Source: Lama glama
Lineage: Eukaryota
NCBI GenBank assembly: GCA_028534125.1
Contig: CM052817.1
Span: 103,728,001 to 103,792,000 of the forward strand
Reading direction: 5' to 3'
DNA length: 64,000 bases
The position numbers and the translations under genes were made by a program. Below are positions 1-10,230 of this stretch, piece by piece (position 1 is the stretch's first letter; the number at the start of each line of letters is the position of its first letter). The notes under the pieces are model-generated. The model did not search any database and was not told the DNA's origin. It was given only the letters and a program-made list of their open reading frames with translations.

Positions 1-520
1 CTTGGCTGGTCCTTGCCAGGCCAAGTTAAGGATTTGGGTCTTTAAGTCCTTTTGAAGGCTTTTAAACTGAGACGGGGCATGGGGAGAAAGGATGTGACAC
101 ACCACATTTATAATTGGAATGCAATAGCTCTGAACAGAAGTAGGGAATGAATTGGTGGATGGGGGCGGACAAGTGGATAGGGACAAGTCACTGGAAAGCT
201 CTTGCAGTAGTCCAGTGTGGACGGAAGTGGATACAGGTGAGAGCTGACCTAGGTTTGATAGGGAAAGAGAGGAGGGGAGGTCTCAGGGCTGACTGACGGG
301 CTTGAGGCTTGCATAAGAGGACCAGGGAAGGCGTCACGTTCATGAGATGAAGACACTACTGGACACAGTCGTCTGGGGAGGGAGGCCATGATGTCTCTTT
401 TAATATGTTGATCTAGAGATGCATTTGAGAAATACTTATGGAGACTGGCTACATGAGCCCAGAGTTCAGAGAAGAGGTCTAAGTTGGGCATATAATTTAG
501 AGTCATTCCCATACGGTAGC
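1..520 (-). mobile_element. Ancient L2 LINE fragment
   Basis: Purine-rich antisense L2-like motifs (GCAGTAGTCCAG, AGTTCAGAGAAGAGGTCTAAGTTGG...TTTAGAGTCAT); highly diverged. Confidence 0.6.
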
Positions 521-537
521 TTTGTTGTTGTTCTTGT

Positions 538-940
538 TAACTTAAAAACAGATTTACTGAGATATAGTCCACATATACCATACAATTCACCCATTTAAAG
601 TGTATAATTCAATGGTTTTTAATGTATTAAAGATATATGCAACCATCATCACAATCTATTTTAAAACACTTGCAACTTCCCTAAAAGAAAATTTGTATGC
701 TTTAATTATCACCCCAGCCTTCCCTCACCCCAAGCCCTAGGCAACCACGAACCCAATGTCTTTTCCCATAGGTCTCCCTATTCTGGACACTTCATAGGAA
801 TGGAACTATGCAACACGTGGCCTTTGGTGCCTGGCTTCTTTCCCTTAGGGTCACGTTTTCATGATTCATCCATGTTGTGTTTCCTTCTTGTTATGTCTGA
901 ATCATGTTTCATGCACCACATTTGTTTGTGTCTCCATTAG
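538..940 (-). mobile_element. L1MB-type LINE-1 3' end
   Basis: TTTACTGAGATATAG...ACCATACAATTCACCCATTTAAAGTGTATAATTCAATGG resembles the antisense L1MB 3' terminus. Confidence 0.8.
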
Positions 941-1065
941 TCATTCATTGCTTTTTGGTGCCCTAGCGACAGGTGTGATTAAGAAAAGATGATGGTGTAA
1001 GAAGCAAATTGAGTTTCAGCCCAAACTTGAGGAGTTTCTCGCAGTTAATGGCTGAACAGCAGAGG

Positions 1066-1124
1066 ATGAGTTTGTACAGGAGAACTTTCCAGCTGTTCCT
1101 TCTTTGTCTCCTGTACAAACTCAT
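1066..1124. repeat. Perfect 18-bp inverted repeat with 23-nt spacer
   Basis: ATGAGTTTGTACAGGAGA (1066-1083) is the exact reverse complement of TCTCCTGTACAAACTCAT (1107-1124). Confidence 0.95.
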
Positions 1125-1149
1125 TCTAGATAGGAGAAAAACGTAGGGA

Positions 1150-1440
1150 TTTTGTCTCATGGAAACTACAGCACTTCAAAAAGGAGGGAGAGCTGAACAG
1201 TGTCAGGGTGTGAAGTTCAGGGAGATGGAGACTGAAAAGTGTCTCTTACGTTTGTGGGTGTGAAGTCCATCAGTGACCTTCGTAAGTGCCATTTTGGTGG
1301 AATGAGGGGGGTACAGACCATACTGGAGTGGATGGGGGTGCCCAGATGAGGAAATGGGGATAGAATAACAAGAAAAGAGAAAAGGCAGTTTGGTAGGTGG
1401 AGGATAATTGTGGTCAAGAAAGGTTTATGGAATCCTCACC
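1150..1440 (-). mobile_element. L2 fragment (continuation)
   Basis: GAGATGGAGACTGAAAAGTGTC...CATCAGTGACCTT...CATTTTGGTGGAATGAGGGGG L2-like motifs. Confidence 0.55.
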
Positions 1441-2189
1441 AAACCTGAACGGTTGAGTCATGAGGGAGAAGTTAAACACCCAAAGGAGACCTGGAACAAG
1501 TGAACTGTGCTCCCGCACAAGGTGGAAGAGAGACCCTAGACAGTAACAAGAGAGAGGGTGGATGGATACAGTCCCAGGTGGGTGTGCATATTTCACATGT
1601 GACAGATGAGAGAATTTCCCATCTGCAAGCCTCCACTTGCTCTGTGAAGCAGAGGGGCAGTCATCTTCCGACCACGAGGGAAGAGGCTGAGAGACCAGGG
1701 GTTTGAGGAGGGTGGAGGGGGTTTGAAAACGCCATTGTGGGTGTGGGAGGGTGAGCAATCAGTGGAATTTGTGAGACTGCCAGGCAAGACTGCGGGCTTG
1801 CGTGAGATGCTGATTCTGAATTTCTAGTGAATCGATCAACAATCAGATATTTATTGTTGCCTCTCCTGGCAGTTTCCCTGGACTCCTTAAAAATGGGCTG
1901 CTTTCCTTCCATCACAGTCCATTGTCTTGAGCATGAGGCTTGGACTTTATTAGTGGTTTTAAGGCAGCAGGGAATGAACGTCAGCACATCAAGAAGTTGC
2001 ACTCGGTGGCAGGTTAATCACACCCCAGAGAGCTAGCAGCTAACATCACAACTTTTTGTGCTATTAGAGCTCGCCTTCCCTACTCTCCTGCAACTACAGT
2101 GCATCTCACTTATTCACTTATTGATTCAGAAATATTTGTTTAGTGCTCACATGTGCCGGACTCTCCACTACATCAAGGATTGCCTATTC

Positions 2190-2783
2190 TTCCCTGACAG
2201 TCAGGGTCTACGCCCCCTACTCAGCCCTGAAGCAGCTGCAGAAGACGGATCGTTGACCCTCTGCACCCCCACAGGGATATGGGAGTGAAATCTCAGAGCA
2301 GGGAATGAGACCAGAAGGAAGGAACCAGGGCACAGCCATTCAAGGATGACACAGCAATGAGCACCAAGATGGAGGAGAAGTCAACTCGCAGTGGACCCGG
2401 AGGCCCAAGAGGGTGGGAGATTCGACCTTCAGAGGACCTTGAGCTTCATTGTACACATTGTAATGTACCAGCATGGTGGGTGACACACCCGCAGGCGCCA
2501 TGACAGTTCTGAGGCTGACCAGGAAAGGTCAGCGAGAAGGTGGTGGCCCAGCTCCTGGGGATCCCTAGCCCTTCCCCAAAGGAGTTTGAACAAGCCTCTC
2601 ACTTATTAACCAGTCTCATGGTTGCTGTGTCTCTCTCTTGCCTTCTGAGACAGCCCGCACTGTCTGTGGAGTGTGTATCTGCTTTTACTCTAAACACACA
2701 ACCCCACACCCGATACCTCTTGTTCATTCTCTTACCTTGTCTCTAAGTAAATCTACTTTTACTCAAAAAAAAAAAAACCCCAC
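2190..2783 (+). mobile_element. Retroposed ERV1-class 3' end (internal 3' end + PPT + LTR U3-R + poly-A), MER41-like LTR
   Basis: Purine tract AGGGATATGGGAG then TG at 2286; GCGCCATGACAGTT motif; AGTAAA 2746-2751; A13 at 2765-2777; flanked by AAGGATTGCCTATTC (2175-2189) and AAAGATTGCCTGTTC (2784-2798). Confidence 0.75.
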
Positions 2784-3149
2784 AAAGATTGCCTGTTCCT
2801 TTCCACCTCTTTGACCCTCACACTAGCCTTCTCCTGTTTCCTTTTAATTCTCTCTTTTTCCTCTTTGTGTCTCTATCTCAGGATGGGAAGTAGCAGTTAT
2901 CGATATTTTCCTGGACTCTCATAGTTTTCATTCATGGACAGAAGAGTATGTCAAGCCTGGAGGTGACGACGTGACATCTGTTGTGACCCTCAGCCGGGTC
3001 GCCCGTGAGGCCTGTGTTACTGTGATGCCCACGTGGACCTGGGGTAGATTCTGCAGAATGTGTCCTATTTGAATGGTTTCTTTATGTAAATATCTTATTA
3101 CTAGATGGCGAGTTTTTATGACAATTGCTGGGTTCTATTAAGCACAATT

Positions 3150-3580
3150 TATTTTCTTTAATAAATATTTATTGAAATACTATGTGCCTGTGAATTACTC
3201 TGCAGAGGCGGCGATGAGGGAAGTCAGAGTATTAAGAAACAATCTTTACAAGGAGTTCAGAGTCCCTCAGAGAAGGTACACAGGTGAACACACACAAAAT
3301 GTGTGTGAAGTCAAGCCACAATATACGTGTGCAAGAGAAAAGAATTAAAAAAGAGTGTGGGTTAGTCATGGGAATGCCTTTTGGTGAGAGTGAAATTTGA
3401 AGCAGAATTTGACTGGTGAGCTGTTCACCAGGAAATAAGATGGGGCCGAGTGAGGGGGAATAGCAGCTGCTAAGCAGATGGATCTGGGCGCACAGCTGAG
3501 GCCTGGACAGTGTGGGAGGCCTGACTTGAGAAAAAGAAGGAGGTGTAGGCAGGAGCCAGACTGTGAAAGCCCTCTGATCC
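3150..3580 (-). mobile_element. L2 3' fragment
   Basis: AATAAATATTTATTGAAATACTATGTGCC is a typical antisense L2 tail. Confidence 0.65.
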
Positions 3581-3759
3581 ACGCTGAGTGCCTGGGCTTA
3601 TCCGCGGGCAGTGGACGGCGAGGGAAGTGCGCTAAGCAGTTGCAATGACCGCGTAAGCTGTTGCTTAGCAGAGCTGCTCCGGTGGCGGTGTGCAAGCCGG
3701 CCAGCAGGCCTGAAACTCTGAAGAAGGGGGTCAGTTATGAGTTTAGACGAGAGATAAAG

Positions 3760-4688
3760 AAGTCTGGAACTGGGCTGTGGGGCTGGGAACACTGGCCTTT
3801 AAAGCCAACTGGCCTGAAGGCTCATCTCCCTGGTGCGAGACCCCCAGGCTGGGGAGCCTGACGGGAGGCTCAGAGCTCTCACTCCCACGGGGGGACCCCT
3901 ACACTGTAATTACTCTCCGGTTTGTGGGTCACTCACCCCGGGGTACGTGGGACTTGATTATAATACGTGTGTCGCGCCTACCCATCTCATTGTGGTTCCT
4001 CTGTTACTGCAGAAAGGGGAAGGGAATAGCCTTGATTCTTGTCTCATCCGAAAAATAAGAATTCAAACGGGAGATCCAAGGCGCTGTGTAAACAAAAGGT
4101 TTATTAGCAAAGGGAAAGGACACCTCCAAGAGCTGAAGACGGACTGGTCCAAGGGAGGTTAGAAGTGACTCTCCCAGGCCCTGCTTCTTTTCTGAGGTTG
4201 CCTAGGGGCTGTCTTAAGCTAATTTGATAGTTGACATCATTTGAGGGGCACGTGTGGGCTATGTAACACTTTCCTTTCCCACAATGCGCACAGGAAAGCC
4301 CCTGGAGGAGGGGCCAAACCACAAGGCTAATTACGTTATAATGAGCACTGGCTCATGTCAGGTAGGGTCCTTCTGTCTACGGCACAGTTGCAGCTGTCTG
4401 GTTCTACCTGGTTTCTTTGCTGACACTCATTTAGAGAAAGTAAAGCTCTCTGAAGCCCCTTATTCTGAGCACAGGTGTACCATTATCTTCTGGATTTTTC
4501 CCTCCCTTTTCCATCCCTTTGCCCGGTGCCTCTGTCTCTTTAACTGCTTAACACCTTATGTCTTTAGCTGTAGATTTTTTCCAGTAGGTTCCAGTCTTTT
4601 TCACTGACGGTTGTTCTGCAGTTAGCTGTGATTTTGGCGAGCTCGTGAGAGGAGGGGAGCTCACTGTCTTTCTGCACCATCTTGGCCG
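3760..4688 (-). mobile_element. L1 5'UTR fragment interrupted by a solo LTR
   Basis: Reverse complement begins GGCCAAGATGGTGCAGAAAGACAGTGAGCTCCCCTCC and is similar to the L1 5' end at ~31630; it resumes on the other side of the LTR. Confidence 0.75.
4002..4553 (-). mobile_element. ERV solo LTR, family X copy 1
   Basis: TGTTA...TAACA termini; near-TSD CCTC/CCTT; similar along its length to 20064-20600 and 60883-61483. Confidence 0.85.
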
Positions 4689-4699
4689 ATCTCCAATGA

Positions 4700-5230
4700 T
4701 GATTCTGAGTACTAGGTGAGAGTAGAAGATCAGTTTTAGATACATCAGTTTGGAAGAGCCTCTTGAACGTCTAGGTGGAGAGACACAATAAGAAAATTTA
4801 CAGAGATTAGGAAAGAGGTCTGGGGGAGTAATAAAGAATTGTAATTTATTAGTCTAAGAATGGTAATCAAAATCATGAGGCCAAATGAGGTTGCTAAAAA
4901 GAAGTAATAGTGAAAAAAGAAGAGAATGAAACATGGAAACCTGAAAAATACTGGTACTTAAGGGTCTGGTAGAGGAAAAAGAAATATCACCATGCAAAGG
5001 ACTCATGAGGTTGCAGAGAACTAGGAGATGCCAGTGAAGGGGTCAGATTAGAGGAAAAGGTGAAAAACGTGAAAAGCAGGTGATGTTGGGGTTAAGTCTT
5101 GTCCACCAGTGTGAGAATTAGCGTGTCCTTAATGCCTTTTAGTACAACTCCAAAGTTAGGTGTGGGGAAATAGATGGGTGAGAAAAATCAATCAGATGTG
5201 GCTGGGTTGAGGGATACACGGAGACTGGGG
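4700..5230 (-). mobile_element. L2 fragment
   Basis: CAGTTTTAGATACATCAGTTTG...GGAAAGAGGTCTGGG L2-like motifs. Confidence 0.55.
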
Positions 5231-5243
5231 AATATACAAAATA

Positions 5244-5376
5244 GGGGGAGGGAATGGCTCAGTGGTAGAGTGTGCCTTTAGCATGCACAAGGTCGGGGGT
5301 TCAATTCCCAGTATCTCCATTTAAATAAATAAGTAAATAAATAAACCTCATCACTTTGCCCCACCAAAAAAAAAAA
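5244..5376 (+). mobile_element. tRNA-derived SINE (camelid Vic-1-like)
   Basis: Pol III A box TGGCTCAGTGG, B box GGTTCAATTCC, (TAAA)n segment and A tail. Confidence 0.9.
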
Positions 5377-6949
5377 GGAGCGGGGGAAGGCATTTTCAAA
5401 TCACAGCACAGCCAAGGTGATGAAAGGGTAAGAATATTTACTATCTGGAAAAGGGCTCATTAGGATTTTTTTTCTTTTAAATACTCCTTGGGCCAATGCA
5501 TGGGGGTAGGAGGTTTTCTGCTCTGCATTCCACATGCTACTGCTGTCAGTGGTGAGTGGCTGTTACCAAAAGGCAGACTCTTCTAATAATTAAGAGTTTT
5601 CAAATAGGAATGTTCTTCTTAGTAAGGAAGGAAATTCATTACCTAAGACATGTTAAGAAGTGTCTGAATAGCCACTTATCAAAACCCTGGAGCAGCAGGT
5701 CCTGTACCATTTAAGGGTTTAAGAGAGTCTTTTTAACAGGAGACTTCATTAAATTATGACCTTTTGTTTATAATGGCTGACGATTGTAATGTGAATTAAA
5801 TGAAAACTCTAGATTGTGGACCTCTTGACGTGCTTTATAATTCTCTTGTTGTTTTATGCGTTCTGTCTTCTTGTGAAACCCTCGCTGGTGCTCCCACCTG
5901 GGCACACCTGTCTCCCAGTTTGCACACAGGATCCCCAATTGAATGATGTGGTCTTTGTCCCATCCGTATCATCTTTCTGTCCCTCCTGGAGCCTGCTCAG
6001 ACTAGCCCTGGTCCGTTCCTGTCACGTCAGTTTCTCAGCCCACAATTGCCGGCACGGGACAGATCCAACGTCCTGATCAAGGATGCAGCCCCCGCTTGTT
6101 AGGACGTCAGAAAGTGCATGCGTGCTTTTAGATGAGTGGTTTGCTAATCTGGCTGGCAGTGGCCATCCTCAACCACCAGCCTCGAAGTCCATACAAAAAT
6201 TTAACAGAGAAAAGATGGACTTCGCTAACAAAGAGCAAATAGAGAAAAGTGATTGTTTTGAACAACTTTTAAAAATTATGTTTTCATCTGAAGGAAAAAG
6301 TCACATTCAAATAAAAATGATAACAAGGAGGGTACAAGGACAAGGATGTGATGAACATTTTCTATTTCTACGTATTCATTGATTCATCGGTGGTAGTCCT
6401 GAATGGTACCTATTCCTGGTTTATGTGCGTGTCACCCCCACTGTTTAGAATCATTTTAGGGAACTGTTTTCCAAATAGTTGAGGGCTTACCTCTTTGAGC
6501 ATAAACACTGCTTTATCTTTCTGAAATATATTATACATTAAATTGCTTTCTTAAAGAGAGAGTGCTGAATACAAATTTGACATTTTGCTGATTCAGAACG
6601 AGCAACATAAGATCAACTGACACACTCATCTTATTGAAGGACTCATCCCTTTTATGGGGCTTTGAGGTTGGAGTGTGGAGGAGTTGCTTGCCCCTGATGG
6701 CCAGAGCCAGCTCCAATTTCAGACTTTCTGTTTTAGATTACCCTGCCACCAGGCTCCTGGTTTTAGGTATTTTGAGAGTGGACTCATCTCTAAGCAATAT
6801 CCTTCTCCACCTCTAATTTTTTGGGTAGATTTTCTGTATCCATAACAAAATGAATATATAAAACAAGTCTATAAATTAAGTACAAATCTGCCATGAATGT
6901 TCCAAAGGGCTCTCCTTTGAGCAATTGCATAATTTTAGAGCCCAAATGT

Positions 6950-7083
6950 GTCAGCAGTTTTAGGTGCTGAGAAGCCACTATAAAGTAGAGGTCAGAATTT
7001 CTAGAGAGAAGGCTTAAGAATCTATGTTTATAATCAGCACCCCAATAGTTCCAACGCACTCAAGTTAGAAACCACTGCCCTAG
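6950..7083. mobile_element. MER5-type hAT-Charlie MITE fragment
   Basis: TCAGAATTTCTAG...GAATCTATGTTTATAA...AAGTTAGAAACCACTG terminus. Confidence 0.65.
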
Positions 7084-7499
7084 AACTCGGATACCACTGT
7101 GGCATCAGAGTTGATGGATGCAATTGATACTCTGGGGTAGGAAAAAATGACAAGGGAGCTTTTGTTGGCAACTAGATAGGTGGGCTTGTGTGGCAGTGAA
7201 ATGCGCTTCATACATCTGGTACCCCAGGTGCAAAGACAATTGGGAAATACGGTTTTTAACTTTCCACATTCTGCACACAGGACTGAACAATAACAGCAGG
7301 AGACTGGAAAAAGAATTGAACAAATCAATCCATAACATCTATCACCTTGTAAGTGCAGACTCTTCCTGTGTCTTTGATCAGCCTCTTGACTTGGTTTGGT
7401 GTAGCAGTGTGCAAATTTTTAAAGAAATGCATTCTGGAAATCTACACTAAAATTATACCAAATAGCTAAAAAAAAAAAGAAAGAAAGAAATGGGCTTCA

Positions 7500-7690
7500 T
7501 AGTAAGACAGACCAGGATTTGACTGCATGATGCCTTGGGCAAGTCCTTTAATTTTCCTGATCCTCTGTGTCTTCCATAAAATGCACATAAAAGTACTTCT
7601 ATAAGAGGATCATGGTTATGAACGAACATAATTTGTGTAAAGAGCCTGATACATCCAGGGTGCCTGATAAGTCCCAGCTGTGATGACTGA
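7500..7690 (+). mobile_element. MIR SINE
   Basis: Core CCTTGGGCAAGTCCTTTAA...CCTCTGTGTCTTCCATAAAATG. Confidence 0.75.
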
Positions 7691-8656
7691 CCCCTGTGAA
7701 AGGAGATTTTACCATGCTTCAATTTTGCAACTCTAGATCCCAGAAAATTGCCGAGAAGCACAAAAATGACACATTTGAAGAAACTATTTTGTGAGCAGGT
7801 CCCCTAACCCAATCCAATCATCATCAATACCATGTGCATGGAGCACAAATATCATTCCATAAGAACTTCATGGCCTGAGAGAAAGAAAAGAAAACTTGTG
7901 GCACGAAAGTGGTCGAATAATGCTCACTTCCTACTGCTTCGCACTGGGATGTGATTACGAAGGAAATGTGTCACATCCTGGGGAGCCAAAAGAAATCATT
8001 TTGACTAAATTTGATGGGTTAGAAAAGATAAATGATGCAGATAACAAAGAAACTAAAATTATAGCTCTAAGGAAATAGGAGATGAACGTCAAGTTTTTGT
8101 TGTGTGTGTGATTAAACCTCAGAGAAGCGTGACAAGACCTGAAGGGAGAAGGAGAGAAACGGAAGGTAAGATTTGTAAATGTTCAGTGTCGTGGTAGCAA
8201 ATTGGAACACTCTTGTGTTTGGCTCTAGGAGGAAATTACAGTTCCAGGCATTAGGTCCCAATGAAGACAGACTGCACGTTATGATTGAAACATAACACAA
8301 GCAAAGGACTTTCTTAAAGATGGAGCAGATTTAGTCCTTTTTCTTCTCAAATTTAAAAAATGAGTATTTGGACATTTGGACGATTGTTTCAACTTTAATA
8401 ATTCTTATAGCTCTTTTTTTTTTAATCGAGGGGAGAGGGTGGCAAGGGGGAGACAGTGTCTTCCTAGACAATCAGGGTAATTATTTGCAGTTTATTGAAT
8501 GGCTGTTAACTCCAGTGTTGAACCACTAGAAAGAGAATATTCTGGTAGTAGTTAGATTATTGGCCTCAGGCAATTAGCAAAGAAAGTAAGACTTCCTTAT
8601 AGATAAGTTGATGTGATTTTTATCCCCGGCTTTTTAGAAATATAATTGACATGTAA

Positions 8657-9003
8657 GGCGGAGCCAAGATGCTGGAGTAGAGAGACTCACAGCTCACCCT
8701 CTCCCACAAGTACACCAAGAATTACATCTACAAACCCACTGAATCACACAGAACACCTACTGAACTCTGGCAGAGTGTCTCTGGTTTTCAAATACAGGAG
8801 GATTCTCTCAAAATCCAATAAACAGCAAGTTTATACTGTATAGCACAGGGAACCACATTCAATATCCTATAGTAATTTATGGTGAAAAAGAATATGAAGA
8901 CGAAAATATGTATGTTCCTATATGACTGAAGCATTGTGCTGTGCACCAGAAATTGACACAATACTGTAAACTGACTCTACTTCAATAAAAGTATATCCAA
9001 AAA
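8657..9003 (+). mobile_element. 347-bp internally deleted (probably spliced) L1: 5'UTR nt 1-161 joined to 3'UTR tail
   Basis: Starts GGCGGAGCCAAGATGCTGGAGTAG; junction 8817|8818; AATAAA 8984-8989; perfect 21-bp TSD AGAAATATAATTGACATGTAA at 8636-8656 and 9004-9024. Confidence 0.9.
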
Positions 9004-9024
9004 AGAAATATAATTGACATGTAA

Positions 9025-10230
9025 TTATATTATATATGTGTAATTATGTGTATGTGTGTGTGTGTGTATATATATATACACACACACACACATACACATT
9101 CATAAGTTGCAAAATGATGATCACCCAGCCTTAGTGAACACCTCCTTCATATCACGTAATTATCATTTCTTTTTTGTACTGAGAACATTTATGAACTCAG
9201 TTCAAGTATATAATACAGTATAATTTAACTATAATCACCTTGCTCTATGTTAGATATCCACAAGTTATTCCTCTTATAACTGGAAGTTTGCATGCTTTGA
9301 CCACCATATCCTCATCTCCTCCAAGCCTCCAGTCCCTGGTAACTGCCACTCTACTCTGTTTCTATGAATTTGGCTTTTCCAGATGTTACATATAAGTGAG
9401 ATCATATAGCATGTGTCTTTCTCTGTCTGACTTCTTTCACTCAGCATGATGCCCTCATGGTCCATCCGTGATGGCAGAATTTCCTTCTTACTCACTCCTG
9501 CATAATATTCTATTGCACATACATACCTTATCTTTATCCATTCATCTGTTGACAAACACTTCGGTTGTTTCCATATCCTGACTATTCTGAATTGCAATGA
9601 ACATGGCAATGCAGATGTCTCTTTGAGATGCTGCTTTCATTTCCTTTGGATATATACAGAGAAGTTGGACTGCTGAATCATATAGTAGTTCTATTTTTAA
9701 TTTTTTGAGAAAACTCCATGCTGTTTTCCATAGCGGCTGCACCAGTTTACACTCGCACCCACAGTGCACAGGGGTTCTTTTCCTCCATATTCTCCCCAGC
9801 GCTTGTTATCTCTTGTCTTTTTGATAATAGCCTTTCTAACAGATGTGAGGTCATATCTCATTATCATTTTGATTTGAATTTTCCTGATGATGAGTGATTT
9901 GAATACTTTTGTATACCTTTTTGCCATCTTATGTCTTCTTTGAGAAATATCTATTCAATTCTTCTGTCCATATTTTAATTAGGTTTTTTGTTTTTCTCTT
10001 ATTAAGTTATATGCATTCTTTATATACTTTGGATATTAATACCATCTCAGATATATGATTCGTAAACATTTCCATAGATTGCCTTGTCGTTGTGTTCACT
10101 GTTTTTTTCTCTGTGCAGAACTTTTCAGTTGGATGTAATCCCACTTGTTCATTTTTCCCTTTTTCTTTTAGCTTTTGATGTCAAATCCAAAAAGTTATTG
10201 CCAAGACTGATATCAAGGACCTTACTTCTT
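9025..10230 (-). mobile_element. Older L1 (L1MA9-like) 3'UTR and ORF2 C-terminal region; host of the mini-L1
   Basis: Minus ORFs read [22 protein letters not shown] and WKQPKCLSTDEWIK (L1 ORF2 C-terminus). Confidence 0.85.
9045..9098. repeat. Compound (TG)n(TA)n(CA)n microsatellite, quasi-palindromic
   Basis: Direct reading. Confidence 0.9.

Noticed and set aside
5244..5320. tRNA genes (also 45106 and 53015)
   Set aside because: A/B boxes are followed by SINE body and A tail or are degraded; these are tRNA-derived SINEs.
8112..8172. Exon ending AAG|GTAAGA near 8165
   Set aside because: Good donor but poor acceptor, and no recognisable coding content.
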